A stretch of DNA of 64,000 bases from Chrysomallon squamiferum. Taxonomy: Eukaryota; Animalia; Mollusca. Shown in pieces: positions 13,944 to 28,441 of the stretch. The first letter of the stretch is position 1. Each line of letters starts with the position of its first letter. Under the pieces are notes generated by a model, which saw only the letters and a program-made list of their open reading frames with translations, had not been told where the DNA came from and made no database searches. A program made the translations under genes and the position numbers. The stretch covers positions 8,742,001 to 8,806,000 of the forward strand of contig CM022673.1 in the NCBI GenBank assembly GCA_012295275.1. Reading direction: 5' to 3'.

Positions 13944-16900
13944 GACAGTACTCACTGGAAGGGACTAACAATCTTTGGTGGTTTTTGAGACAGAGTATGT
14001 TCATCTTCACAACTTGTTTGTCTGTTGTATGGTTGATGAAAGTGATAGTATCGGCCCTGATTTAGTCGTTCATTTGATGTCATGGCTAGCCACATTATCT
14101 GTGATGTCAATAAAATAAACACATGGAAATATGAGAGAAAAACTCTGGAAATTATATTGATCTGATAGTTTTAAAAAAAACCAAAATACACAAATTTCAT
14201 AAAAAAAAAAAAAACATAAAAAAAAAAAACCTTTATTGTTTTAGTAAAATAAATAAATAAATAATAAAAATAAATTTAATTTTTTTTTCAAATTGTATTA
14301 TCTACAATATAAATATAATGAATATATCTTAATATGACTACTTACTTAGTTTCAAAAAATATAAATAATGGTTAAAAAAAAAAAAAAAAGGTATATGTAT
14401 CTTTTTAAAATTGTATTTAATATATATATATATATACATACACATACACACACACCCACACACACAAATACATACATGTATAAATGGCAACAACAACAAT
14501 GATAAAAAGTTTAAAATCACTGTTTTATAAAATCAACAAAATCAAAGTTACAACATTATTGTACAAGGTATAAAAAAAAAAAAAAGTATTTTATTTAATA
14601 ATTTATCACAGTGAGATCAATGTCTTACCTGATAGAGCTGGCAGAATAACATAATTGTGACCCATGTCAGATGCCCTAAAGCATTGAGAGCAATCCAGGC
14701 CACCCATGGTGAAGTTTTCACAACTTTGTAAAACAGACCAGTTATTCCATCATCGTAAAATGAGATCGGTGGACACTTGTGCTTCCAGTCTGGTAAAAAC
14801 AAACAAAAAATACATCATGACAATTCAGAATATTTAATGCCATTTGTATATTGTAATGTCACAGAAATTACACATTACTACATATATACAAAGAAATATA
14901 AATACAAGTTATATATAGTTTATACATTTGAACCAGTGTAATGAGCAATGCATCCATACATAGAGCAAACAACTTTTACTGATTATAATTAATGTTGAGA
15001 ACTTTTATTTACTTACAAATATATACGGACACACTTGCATGCAAACGTAATCTCTTTATACCACATACACTCTCACTCAGAAAGAAAGATGGACAGACAA
15101 AAAGAGAACGGTAAAAATGCTCAATTACAACTGGATTACAAGTTAATATTTAGAATTTTTCTTACACTGCAAGCAGCCATAGAAGCACCAGGACAACATT
15201 CCTGTCAAGAAGAAGAGATACCCTAGAAAATACTTGTGGTTCCGAGCACCTGAAACAGAAAACTTGTAGATAAAAACACAGGCTGCATCATATATCACAA
15301 CTGTCATTGTGAGGTTTTTACCTACCAACTCAACACCTTTGGAAAGTTATTGGTTCAAGAGAAAATGCAGGTGAATCTAAATACAATTAATAGTTTCCCA
15401 AACATTTTGTTGCGAATCTAAATATAATGACTATTTCATACCTATATAGACTGAATGAGTTACTGATAAGATTTCCACATACAGTGTATTTAGAACTTAC
15501 TGAAGTCTTCTTTATCATTTATATATTGACTATTCTTTTATCTTTACCATAACTGGGATATGTAAATAATTATAAATGTATTGATTGTTACTGTGTATTT
15601 TTTTAATTTTAAACAACTGAATCTGTGACATTTGTTTTATTACTTTTTTAATTTGTCAGTTTTGTTTGAATGGTATTAGTGTTCTGGCTAGCTATTCTCA
15701 ATACTCAAGAAAAAAAAAAAAAATCAAACCCATCCTGTTTGGTGTTTCATTATAATAAAGCATTGTTCAACAGTTATAAACTTAATTAATTTCTTAGCCC
15801 ATTGTTATAAACTTTGAGAAAAAAACAACAAAGAAGAGATTTTAATTATTGGCCACTAAGTTTCTTAAATTAACATAGAATTATTAAACATACTCTTACC
15901 CACACCACTAAGTTTCCTAAACAAACACAGAGATAATAAAGATATTCTCACCCACACAGTTGTAAACCCAAGGACAGTGGTGGTCGAATTTGGCCACACA
16001 TTTGTTGCATATAGAGCAGTGCTTTGATCTGATAGGTTTGCGAATCAGACATGTACTGCAGAACTGATTTAAAGACAATGTCTGCGTCTCTGCCAGGTCA
16101 AGAATAGCCTGGAAATTAAAATAATAATAATAATAATAATAGTAATAGTAATAGTAATAGTAATAGTAATAGTAATAGTAATAGTAATAATAGTAATAAT
16201 ATTTATAAAAATAATAATAGTTACTTTTTTTTTTTAAATTATTAACAAAACTGAAATAGGTAAATGTTGCTGAGGAAATGTTTACAGATATGAGATATAT
16301 TATTATAATACAGAATTCATTGTAGGTGTTTGTTTTCTCTGTTTGTATATGTGTGTGTAAGCATTTACACATATGTGCATATATATCACAGTTAAACAAT
16401 AAAAACCACCATTTATATGAATTTATTAATAAAACAGCAAAGAAAGGTAGCATTTATATCTATCTACACATAAAAAAACCTCACAAATGACTGCTGTATA
16501 AAAAGATAACTCAGTTAAGAACTTTCTAAATAATATTTTATTCATTTATTTATGATAAAACTGGGGCTAGTAAAATTCAAAATACAAAACAAATCCTTAC
16601 TTTTATTTTATCCTCTCTGTTACTTTTGATGTAGCCTGGATCTGTCATCATACACTTGTAGACGTTGTAACACAGAATCACAGTGTTCAGTGATAAACCA
16701 ATGTTGATCCACGTTTCATTCACATCTGTTGTGTGTTAAGGTTATCAAACAGTTCATTTTACTTCTCCATTGCTAAAGCTAATTAGGCCCGATTTTTATT
16801 TCTTGGGAAAAGAATTCCACTTAATTACACTGTCATTTGGAATGATAACCCACATACACTGTTATATTTTTGACACTGAAACACTACAGTAATGAAAACA

Positions 16901-19900
16901 AGATATATAGATGGGATATTTTATTTAGTAAATTAATAATTGTGTCTGCTAATGCAGTCAGTGCAGATAAAATGGAATCATAATTATGATAGTTATCCAA
17001 GTTAATACATATAAACAAGAGGATAGTTATAATACTTAGGAAAAACTTTTTTTTTTTTTTTAATTTTCCTTTTGTTTATTTAATTAATTATTTTTTCAAT
17101 TTTTTAATTTTGTTATTTTGTTGAATATTTTGTTAGTTAGAGAAAACATTTTAAAGCTATTTTCAATAAATATTTGGAGAAATGAAACAAATCACTTACA
17201 CCATCATCTCCATTCATCAAGTCTTCCTCACTCTTTTCTCACTATCTCTACTTAAAAACCCAAACAAACTGAGAAAACTATCTTTGACTTTTATGATATA
17301 TTTTAGTCCCTTATCACATTTCAAAGTGTCTTTAAATTTATAGCTTTCTCTAGATCGATAATGTTGCTTGCCATCTTAAAGCATCTCCTAATATGAAAAC
17401 GTAACTCAAACTTTTTCTAAAAGTTATTAAATCACAATCTAAATGGACATAAGTCTCAGATTTAAAAGGATACAGGGAAAGAATATATAAAACCATGTTA
17501 CATACATCCAAAATTTTGTAGCAAAATACCACACAATTGGTATCACATTCAAAACTGAGTCATCAAAGAATAAACTGTGAAAAAATAAATAAATAAAAGA
17601 AAATTATTTTTGGTAGTTACTGTACATATTAAATACTAATAATAATAAAAAATTATGACTCCTGAGTTTGCCTTTGAAAGGGCAAAGAATACATTTAAAA
17701 AGTACTGAAAATTAAATAAATATATTAAAATTTTTATAATACAAAAATAATAATAACCAAAAAAAGGTAGTTTATTCTTTTTTCTGAAATAATGTTTCTT
17801 TTTTCAATTTTCTTTTTTTCTTTTTTAAAAATTTTCTAAATTACAGAAGTAGCATCCTTGCAAATCTTAATCTAATTTAGGAAAATTGTGTGAAAAATTA
17901 GAAAATGGTAATTTATCAAGTAAGCACATGGGCAAATAAAAACATGTCAAGTTACCTCTGAATCAGTTTCCAGGATCCAAAACATATCAAAGCAATAGCT
18001 AATTTCTCATACCAATACAGTGAACTTTCAGGAACCCAACCAATCATAAATATAGCAATAAATGGAAAAAGATAAACAACATATCTTCTGACAGACTGAA
18101 ATAAAATAGAGAAAAATAAATAAATATATAAATAAAATAATAATAAAACAAAATGATATAAAATCTTTGAAATATTATTCCTACAAAAATAAATTGTTAT
18201 TATTACTTTTATCAGATCAATTTTTTTTTATAAAATTAAAATCTTCTGCTGTCAGCACATCTCAGATCTATATAATACCATTTTCAAATAAACTATATTT
18301 TCAATACAAAACAAATTTTAAATATTTAGAGAATTTCACATGCAGAGTTTTACTCTTACTGTCAGTTAAGACATACGATGAAAAAATTCAGTTGTTAAAC
18401 AGTATAGGAAAAACAAGAACTAAAATAACTTGTCTTTCACAAAAACAATGAAACAATCTTGTGTTGCAAGTGAATACTTCACTCTAATGTCTGCTCTCCT
18501 ATCTCCATTACAACCAGTGTGTTATGATTTATAAAGGTGATGCTATATGGTTTACTGTCTACAAATGAACCTTTACTGCTAATCCAAAAAATTATATATA
18601 TATAGATAGAAAATATTTATATATATATATATATAAAAAAAAATTAAAAAAATTTAAAAAATAAATAAAGAAAACCCCATTATAATATGGCAGCAAGTTT
18701 CCCCAAACTTTATCTTAATGGTCATTGTTAATATGTGCAACAACACATTATCATAGATTATAAATATGTCGAGAGCATTATTTAGTAAACACTCATCTTC
18801 TACTTATTTACTAGGCTATTCTCAAACATATTAGCAAAACATGAACTCTCTTTTAAAGATATAAACCAATAAACCTTATAAACAAAAAGTTTCTCTATTA
18901 CCTTCAACTAAAAAGCTTTTCAAATCAGATAATTCTAGAAGAGATACTAACTTTGTTTGTGGTGTATTTCTGACATGGATGTCTGTATTCCAAACCCTGC
19001 ATGTATTTAACTTCTCTCAGACGTCTCACGAGTCCAGCGTTTTTCATCTGCATTGCAACATCTATGGGAGTCTGGCCCTGTCAGGTGAAAATGATTATAT
19101 AAAATTATCAGTTTTCTTATGCTTTCTGAAAATAATCTTGTTGTTAAATTATAAGAATATCTTATAAAATGGCAGCAGTGTGTTATTCTGTTACTGTCAT
19201 TATAAAATGATAGAAAGAACAACTGAAATTCATTTACACTATGGTCATAATTTGAAGTTCTAGATAAAATATTAAATTGCACTGACCCTAACAACCTAAG
19301 AATTATACCTACAGTTTTTGTTTTTTAGGTAATTCCTGAATAAACATTAAATTATTATACACATTATCAATCTAAAAATGATGTATTATTTTTCACCAAT
19401 TATTTTTGATATATATTAAATTATGCTCATTAAATCATTAATAACCTAAATTTTTTTTAAATAAATATTAAATTAATGATCTAAAATGTTAACTTTTATC
19501 TTTTTTTAAAGTAATTTTTAAATATACATTAAATTATACTGTTCTTTAACAATCTAACAGTCATTACCTTTACATTCTCTGCTTCAACACTTGCTCCACG
19601 CTTCAGAAGAATGTTTATGACAACATGGTTCCCTGTGAGGCAGGCCCAGTGGAGTGGGGTGTTTCCCTGAAACTTGTCTGCTTTGTTGACTGTGGCTCCA
19701 AATGTTAACAGCAGCTGTAGAGGGTCATGTCTGAAAAACAAAAGTAAGAAGAAAAGATCAAACTGACCATTCACAGGTAGCATTTTAAACAAAATTATAT
19801 GACAATCTTGCTCAGTCTGTAAAAAGAAAATGTTTTAATAAGGTCGTATTTTGGGCATATCTGTTTGTTTTGGGACTTGTTTCATTGTATCTTTTTTTAA

Positions 19901-22900
19901 TGTGTTAATGTAAAAATGTTTAATAAATAAGAGTTCATTATCTGCAGGTAGATTTTTTTTCCACAATATTTATAGTTACATTTGCTCAGTTTTTTTTGTT
20001 TTTTTTTCTCTGTTTCCTTCACAACAGAAACATATTTTAATGTAATTAATAAGGACAGATGCCAGTAATATTTTAAAAAGGTCTCAACCTAACAGTAAAC
20101 TAATAAAAATGAATATTTTCTTCTATTTGTAAGTACAAATAATGTACAATATATTTAACAAACTTGCCCAAACACTCTGTATGCTGACCACATGAGGGCT
20201 GTCATGCCATTCCTGTCCACCATGTCCACATCTTGACCCTTAGCAATCAGATACGCAACAATAGCAGTGTGACCAAACTGAGCAGCCAGGTGAATACAGC
20301 TGCATCCTGCAATAATCACGTGTTTTAAAACTTCAGACAATGAGTCAGTATTATTATCTTCTGATGTAATAACTTTACATACGTTCTGCAACTATTGTGA
20401 AAAATAACACTAATATTTGGCTGAATTAACAACAATTATTTATTTTAGTTTCAGAGCATTAATGTTATTACTATTCTGCAGTTCTACACATTTTTTTTCT
20501 TGTTTATTTCTGCAAATTATTTAAATGAAAGAAAAAATTAACATATTAATTATTATTGTAACTTTTTAAATTAAAAAACAAAAGACGTCTTGCTGAATGT
20601 TAATTAATTACCTTCCCCGTCTCGCAAAGAAGGATCAGCTCCATATGACATCAACAGAACAACCATAGACAAATGACCCTGTCTGAAATATTTATTTTTT
20701 ATTTTAATTTTAATAACTAAGAGAACACACACACACACACGCAAACATTTACATATTCAATACATGAAATATGTGTATAATTCAAACAAATAACGAATAT
20801 TTATATGATGGCATCTAAAAAGATTTAAATATTTAATGATTATTAGGTGTAAAATATATAAATATAACAATTACTAATAAATGATCTTGTCTGAAATAAA
20901 CCAAATATTTTTAATTTATTTAAATTGTAATTATTGAGACAATAAATATATACACACATCAAACATGAACAAAAAAAAAATTAAAGTTTGAACGTAGTGT
21001 ATTATAATACTGGATGTTACAATGGGGTAATCAACACCAGAAAAATCCCCAAAACAACCGGAGATGTTGGTGAGACTATAAATTGTCAGGGAGTGTTTTG
21101 ATTCCTATATTCTAGTGTCAAAGAAGGCATGAAAAATGATGAAAGGCACAAAATACAGCAAACATTTTAACTAATACAAACAGCAGCAGCATAAACATTT
21201 ATAAACTTGCACATTTTACCTTGTAGCCCAATGTAAAGGTGTCGAATTCAAATCCCCTCCAAATCTGTCAACTATAGCACCTTTAGATATAAAATATCTG
21301 TAAAAAAAACAGTTGAAAAGAGATGTTAAAAAACATTAAATAATGATTTAAGATGCAGAGTTATAGAATTCATCATAATACAGATTTAAAAAAATATATA
21401 ATTATAGCATATATCAAAGTATGAACTAAATATAAATATTGAACAAAAATGCATGTCAAGTTTGCTGAGATAGTCAAATCCCACATATATAAAGAATTTA
21501 TTTTTGCCTTAAAAAATGATTTTAATGTTTTGTTCAATTTGACTCCTGACAAGCTGTAATACCAAAATCCAAAAGTGAAATATCTTTTTTTATTTAATTC
21601 TGACATAAGCACAACATGTAAAGCTTTATCAAGTTTATGCAAACATGGATTCTGCTATTCAACACACTGGCATCCAGTTTCAGAGAATGACCCAGATATA
21701 TAAAACAAAAAATAATTTCACAATTTAGAAAAGAAAATACTGATTTCTGCTACAGTTACACAGATAGTGAAGTACATACAGAGCATGCGTGGATTCAGTA
21801 CAAAATAGATTAAATTTAAAATTTTAGAATAACATCATCATTATTCAACTGTTTGTAAAATTGAATTTACTTCACAATTTCAGTCCTGTTGTTGATGGCA
21901 GCCCAGTGAAGAGGACTGACATTTTCTCTGTCCATTTGATTGACATCGAATCCTGAGTTGACAAGTTCTTTGATTCGGTCAAAGGCGCCATACTGAGTAG
22001 CTCGGGTAATGTCAAAACTTCTAAAGTCTTCTTGCGTTGGCCCAGTAGGCGCAGTCTGTTGATGATCCACTTCTGTTGCATGACTCTGTTGTTGGCTGAG
22101 ATCCTGAAATAAATATACAACAATACAGAGTAAAGTGATTACTATACAAACATAAAGAATCAAATTAGCATATTACAACCAATAATAATTAGATGGGAAA
22201 AAGAAGAAGAGAGAGAAAGATAGAGGAAAGAAATAAAGGAAAAAGAAATGATTTTTGTTTTATAGTTTAGGAATAGTCTAAACCCTAAGGTTAATACTAA
22301 CTGAAATTTCTATTTTTCTTTCTTTTTCTAAGGACTGGTTATATGTCTGTGGTTACAGGGCTGTCAGATAAATAATTATTGTGTTGCAAGTTCACATATT
22401 TCTCATTTTACCCTGAGTCTCATGACTGGTGTATCAGTATATTTTAGAGGTCATTCCTTCATGCCCTTGTTTATGATGTTCTCTTGTAAAATGATATTAT
22501 CATGGAGATTATTATTAAGAATAACCACATACGTGACATAGATACACATGTAAAAACTATTCATACAAAATATACCCCATTATTTTTAAACAGTTATGAC
22601 CCTGCCATATAATCATTTCTGTATTAATACTGTTATCATTATAATCTTTCTCTCCTAGTTCATTAATTTACAGTTACATTATTTAGAAAACTGGTAACTG
22701 AAGTATTATTATAATTTATAAAACATAATAATTAAAACCTCTCAAAATAAAATGCATTACTTTTTAGTTCTAGTGATATATGAACTCTCAGTTATAACAA
22801 GCAAACTTTTTTTCAATAGTCAGTTACAAAACACAACTCATTACAGAGAACATGCAAACTGAAACTCCGAACCAGGAATTCAATTACCAAGGGAAACAAT

Positions 22901-23103
22901 CCAAATAAAACAAAACACAGGGTTGTTTTTTTGTTTTTTTTTAAAGGAAAACAAGACAGTTATAAAATTCCTTAAACAATGTAAAGATCATCATCAAATA
23001 AATTAATTATGCATTTTTGTTCCTTTTGTAAAATATTATTTTCATAGCAAACCTTTGGGAGGATCGACTGCATAGGATTGCAGTTGGGATCCAACTCGGC
23101 CAT
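13429..23103 (-). CDS. ZDHHC17: Palmitoyltransferase ZDHHC17 (HIP14)/ZDHHC13 family: N-terminal ankyrin repeats plus DHHC-CRD, 645 aa
   Basis: 15 coding exons in transcript order: 23053-23103 ([17 protein letters not shown]), 21871-22103, 21220-21297, 20612-20682, 20168-20306, 19568-19730, 18952-19077, 17956-18095, 17474-17574, 16601-16725, 15952-16108, 15166-15249, 14629-14789, 13956-14098 and 13429-13594. Total 1938 nt with all phases consistent. Motifs: [103 protein letters not shown], and a C-terminal YQFV. Confidence 0.96.
16726..17473 (-). other. U12-type (minor spliceosome) GT-AG intron in ZDHHC17
   Basis: The minus-strand 5' splice site reads GTATCCTTTT (U12 consensus RTATCCTTT). The branch site ACCTTAAC (plus strand 16735-16742) is followed by only acacaacag, with no polypyrimidine tract. 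The phase-1 junction (CCC T|AT GTG) keeps the frame. Confidence 0.9.
19731..20167 (-). other. GC-AG intron in ZDHHC17
   Basis: The junction reads TTT GG|gcaagt ... tttttcag|A CAT GAC. Only this phase-2 GC donor gives the in-frame [16 protein letters not shown]; the nearby GT is in the wrong phase. Confidence 0.85.
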
Positions 23104-23107
23104 CTTG
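23097..23107 (-). promoter_or_regulatory. YY1-like motif CAAGATGGCCG overlapping the ZDHHC17 start codon
   Basis: Close to the YY1 consensus CAAGATGGCGGC. This motif often overlaps start codons of housekeeping genes. Function is not shown. Confidence 0.3.
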
Positions 23108-23179
23108 ATATTTTTTTTCTGTGTTTATTTCCACTCTCCTGGAGCACTGAAGTTAAGGCCATAGCGGCAAATTTTGATT

Positions 23180-25800
23180 TACCCCGTGATTATATTTTGA
23201 ATAAGAAAAAATTACTGGTTCTGTCAGAACTTTTACTGTATCATAAGATTTAAATTTTAAAATAATATTTTAAGCAAGGAAGAGAACGTGCAGTTGGTGT
23301 GTTTAAGTGGGGAATGTGCATATGTGTCTGTAATACTAAACAAACTGGAAATAGACTTAATTTCGTCTCTTTTTCTCTCTTTCTCTGTACTTTACATAAT
23401 TATCTCCTTTGCTTGGATTCGTACAGTAATAGTTATATACTATTATATTTTATTTGAAATGCGCACGGATGTAAAAAGAGGAGAATAACGTGTGTCTGTG
23501 AATGTGTAAGAAAGCCTGGGTATAGGCTATATGGGTGTTACAGAGAGAGTGTAAGTATCAATATATGTGTCAGAGAGATAATGTGCTTGTCATATGGATG
23601 CAAATATGAAAAGTGTGTGTATAAGTATGTATGTGTAATACAGTGTGGGCATATGTGTTTGTGTGTTAATGAGAGAGAAGAATATGTGTATATATATATA
23701 TATATAAATATGTGTATGAATGTGTGTGTGTGTTGTGTGTATGAAACAATGGATATGTGAATTAGAGTAGGTATGCATAGGAATGTGAAAGGAGGACAGC
23801 GTGTATGTATGTATATATATATATCTGTGTGTGCGTTTGTTTGTGTGTGTGTGTGTGAGTTAGAGGATAGGTCTAAAGATGTGTCTGGGGAAGACAATAG
23901 TGATGTAGATATGTATTAGCGATAAACGCGGGGCACGTTCGCAGATGTTAGGGAAAAGCTTTCTGAAAATAAACGCGCACGTCAAAATCCTCTGTAAACA
24001 TTGCTTCTAACGTCATCATTTCGAGAACTAACTAAGACGTCAACAATTGATTGACGTCGTTGACAACAAACACATAGTTGCGGTTCGGGCAGGGCAGATA
24101 TTTTACCCCGAAATTTATATTTTGAATAAGAGAAAATCTCTGTAAGTTAAACATTTCTGTATATACAAGAAATATAAAATGAAAATTGTTGGTCTGCCAC
24201 AGTATTTACTGTGTTATAAGATTTAAATTTAAAATCACATTCTTCGACGTGCATATTTTTACGAAACACTTAAGGTAAAGAAATAAAATGTAGAGGACGA
24301 GGGTGTGTGTGTGCGTGTGTGTGTGTGTGTGTGCTTGTGTGTATGTGTGAATTTGTCAGAGAGATGGAGGATGTGTGTGCGAAATAGAAAGTGCATGAGA
24401 ATAGGTCTGCGTGTTTGGGTGTGGGTATGCACGAGAAAGTGAAATGAGGAGTGGGTATATATAAAAATACGAGTGCATACGTGACAAAGTGTGGGCGTAT
24501 GTGTGAGTGTGTTAGAGAGAGAGGGGATGGGAATATACATGAGTGTGTGAAAAGAGTGTTTTTGTGTGTGAACATGCATGCTAGTGATTGGGTATGCATG
24601 CGAAGGTGTAAGGAGCAATTATTATATATGGGGGGTGGTTTAGATATTTGTGTAGATTAGTTTAAGTGATAATGACGGTAATTAATAATAATCAAATAAT
24701 CTACTTATAAAATATACTTTGGGGGTGGGTTAGAAAAAGCTTAATATTTTGGTTTAGTTTTTGATTTTTATAACAATTTTAATTGATAATACATAACGTA
24801 TATATAGCGTTTAGTGAAGGGTATAAATGCCGAAGAATATATAAGAGTATTTCACCCCGGGAAAATTCTTTCAATAAGAGAAAAAATTATGTAAGTTAAA
24901 CATATCTTTAAATACTTGAAATATCAAATGAAAATTACTGGTCTACCACAATATTTACTGTGTTATAAGATTTAAATCTAAAATCACATTCTTCGAAATG
25001 CATACTTTCACGAAACGCTTAAAGTAAAGAAATAAAGGTACAGGACGAGGGTGTGTGTGTGTGTGCGCGCGTCTGGTTATGTATGTGTGTGTGTGAGTTT
25101 GTCAGAGATATGGGGGATTGTTGTCCGAAGTAGAGTGTGCATGAAAATAGGTATATGTGTGTTTCTGAGTGGTTGTGCATGAGAAAGTAAAGGGCGGAGT
25201 GGTTATATACGTGTACATGTGTGACAAAGTGTGGATGTATGTGTGAGCGTGTTAGAGAGAGAGGATGGGTATATACACGAGTGTGTGCTTGTGTGTGGGT
25301 ATACATGTTAGCGAGTGGGTAATCAAGATGATGTGAAAGGAGGAGTGTGTAAATACGTGTGCATGTGTGACAAAGTGTGGATGTATGTGTCTCTGTGTTA
25401 GAGAGGATGGGTATACATGAGTGTGTGAAAGACAGTGTGCTTGTGTGTACAAAGTGTGAGTGAATGTGTTAGCGCCTTAGAGAGATAAGATGGGTATATA
25501 CATGTCTGTGAAAGAGAGTGTGCTTGTGTGTAGGTATGTGTTTTAAATAGTGGGTATGCTTGCGAATGTGTTAGGAGGAATTATCATATGGAAGGGTGGT
25601 TTAGATGTTTGTGTAGATCAGTTAAGGTGATAATGACGGTTATTATTATCAAATAATGAACTTATAATATATACTTTTTTTTCTTTTTTTAGGGTTAAGC
25701 TTAATATTTTAGTTTAGTTTTGATATTTTTAATTATTTTTAATTGATAATAGATAACGTATATTTAGCGTTTGGTGAAGGGTTTGAATGTCGAAGAATAA
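23180..25800. repeat. Diverged tandem array (about 750-950 bp units) immediately upstream of ZDHHC17
   Basis: The unit-start motif accccg..ttgaataag..aaaattactgg..tttactgt..ataagatttaaat occurs at about 23180, 24105 and 24854. Units 2 and 3 are collinear to their ends (ataacgtatat.tagcgttt.gtgaaggg..aatg.cgaagaata). Internal GT-rich subrepeats (gtgacaaagtgtgg) are present. Confidence 0.8.
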
Positions 25801-27213
25801 TTAAGCGGTAATCTCTAATTGCCTTGACCTCAACTCTGTGTTGGAAGGTTCAAGTTCAAGATCGGATTTTCTTTTTTCAAAATTGGTATCTAGGATTCTA
25901 GTGTGAAGCTTGGGTTATATATTTATTATCGTTATATATCCGATTTCCTTTATTTTGATGAACCGTATAAATCTGCGTCCAAATTATTTTAGTATTTTTA
26001 TATTTAGACCGACGCTTCTAAATCTACTCATAGTAAATGACACAAGAAATGTACTTTATGACACTAAAGAAATATATTTTTATGTATATTGAAGTCACAG
26101 ACTAAACAACTTGTCTTTTATTCATAATTTAGTATTGTTATAATTTAATAAGTAGTCTTATTTAGTGTTTCACTAATTAAATAAGTTAATGTATTTTCCT
26201 TTATTTTTTTTGTCTCCTTTATTACATTTAAGAAAAAAAAAAAAAAAGAAAAGAAAAAAGAAATTGAATAATATATATAAATAATTATGTAACTAAAAAA
26301 ATAAAGAAAGATAAATATTAAACTTAATATTTAGTAATTTTATTGAGTTGTGAAATGAATAGCATTAACCATTCTCTTTTCTTTCTTCAAACTAAACTGG
26401 ATATTCACCGAATAACAATGATAAGAATGTTGATAGAAAATAAAATAAATATATACGTACTAAACCGTGATCACGTAAATAAATAAATAAACAGTCAATT
26501 ATATAAATACATAAATAAATAAATAAATAAATAAATAAGAAAGGCGATAAATAAGTGAGTAGGTAAATCAATCAGTCAATGAATTAATCAATAAATAAAA
26601 GTTTTAAAATATTTTAAAGTAGTTTCTGTGTCATATACTTTGAACAAACTTTTTGTAGGTATCATTCCTCACCAAATAATCTTTAAGAAAAACATTTCTT
26701 AATCAATTTAAATAAAGTATCAAAAAAAAGGTTGTACCTAAAATGCAGCGACAGTGAGTCACCTGGTGAGTGATGACACCCCCACCTCAGTGTGGCTAAT
26801 ACGGGAAACTCACACTTGAAAATGAGCTACCGGGGGACTGTTCACCTTAGGTACACAACAAAATAGCTTATGTGTGTGTATGCGCGCGTGTGTTTGTGTG
26901 TGTGTGTGTAGACTTTTGTTTGTAATGTTTTCTTTATATGTATATACATGGATGTATTAGTGTTGTTAATAATATTTTAATATTTTTTAATTATAAATGA
27001 CAGGAAAAGATTCAAGAAGGGTTAAAAAGAAATTAATCTACTTTGACTACATGTATTAAATATGTGATCAGAGGCTTAAAGTAAGATGTAATCTTTTTCT
27101 TTAAATATCACATCAAAATCTTATTTGATAATTTAATAATAAAGAAATCCTCTTGAATCAAACATTCATGTACCTATAGTTCTTTTCTGACAGTTGTTCT
27201 TCTTATTTTTATT

Positions 27214-27248
<35 letters not shown>

Positions 27249-27353
27249 TATTATTATCATTATTATTATTAATTACTTAGGTATTAATTAGGTAAGAATA
27301 TCTTAAATATGTTAATGAGGTCTGTAATAAAAGGAATAAGTTGTGGGTATAAA

Positions 27354-27461
27354 TAAATGTTGTTGGAATTTTGGGGGGCTTTCGGACTATGGTTTCAGAT
27401 GTGTATGTATGTTGGATTTTTGTGTTAGTAGCAAAACCTCTCTTAAATAGAAACAGTTATT

Positions 27462-27538
<77 letters not shown>

Positions 27539-27544
27539 TTATAA
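27354..27544 (+). repeat. Left arm of long inverted repeat flanking the integrin gene
   Basis: taaatgttgttggaattttggggggctttcggactatgg...aaacagttattgtca(GA)n..gttataa is the reverse complement of 45582-45762. Confidence 0.93.
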
Positions 27545-28409
27545 AATGATGGATATATCCGTAATACTTTTGTTTCCAGTAACATTCTATGTCGTGATTG
27601 TGGGAATTAGAGGAATGACACATGTGGACTCCAGTTTTATTTAAATATCATGCTTTTAGCCGGGGTCGTTTCCTAGAAGCTAGGAAAAACGCCCCATAAC
27701 CCGCCACTGGTGTGTCACAGGAAATTTTCTGCGGGAATGATTTGATCAATTAACATTGTTTTATAAATCTTGTCATAAACAGGATATTGTTTTGTCGTAA
27801 TCTCTGATACGTCACTCACGAAGGAATTATTTAAGATGGAAATGGCCTGATGGTTGCTCCCATAACTCGACTTGCTGGAAAATTTGATTGTTTAGTTATC
27901 TTCTGTCTGGCTTATTACTTCAGTGATAAACATTAACATGATCCGTGGGAGTCAAACTTTAGTTGTTTTGAATCACTGTGGTTTAGGTCATTAGTCATGT
28001 TTACATAATAATAATAATAATAATAATGATGATGATGATGATGATGATAATGATGATGATGATGTTAAAAAGGCATTGAAAATATTCTGGCACTGTATGA
28101 AAATAAATATTTTACAATTAAGTATATTAAAGAAAAATTATGATAAAAAAATTAAAGTAGTAAACACACACGCATACACACAGGCACGCACGGCACATAC
28201 AAATCCATCAATATATCCAAAAATGCATACACATATATATAAATTCATGCGCATATAGTTACATATATACATTTATATACACACACACATACATCCTGTA
28301 CACACACACATACATCGTATTACACACATACATATTACGTATACACACACACATACATACATCGCATACACACATACATACTACGTATACACACACACAC
28401 ATACATACA

Positions 28410-28441
<32 letters not shown>

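Noticed and set aside
15900-15918. Possible minus-strand micro-exon (tttag|GAAACTTAGTGGTGTGG|gtaaga) just after the DHHC exon
   Set aside because: The preceding intron would be only about 35 nt and the 17-nt exon would shift the frame.
26732-26860. Short GC-richer island bounded by tgtacctaa / ttaggtaca inverted ends
   Set aside because: It has only about 9 bp of perfect match and no TSD, which is too weak to call a MITE.
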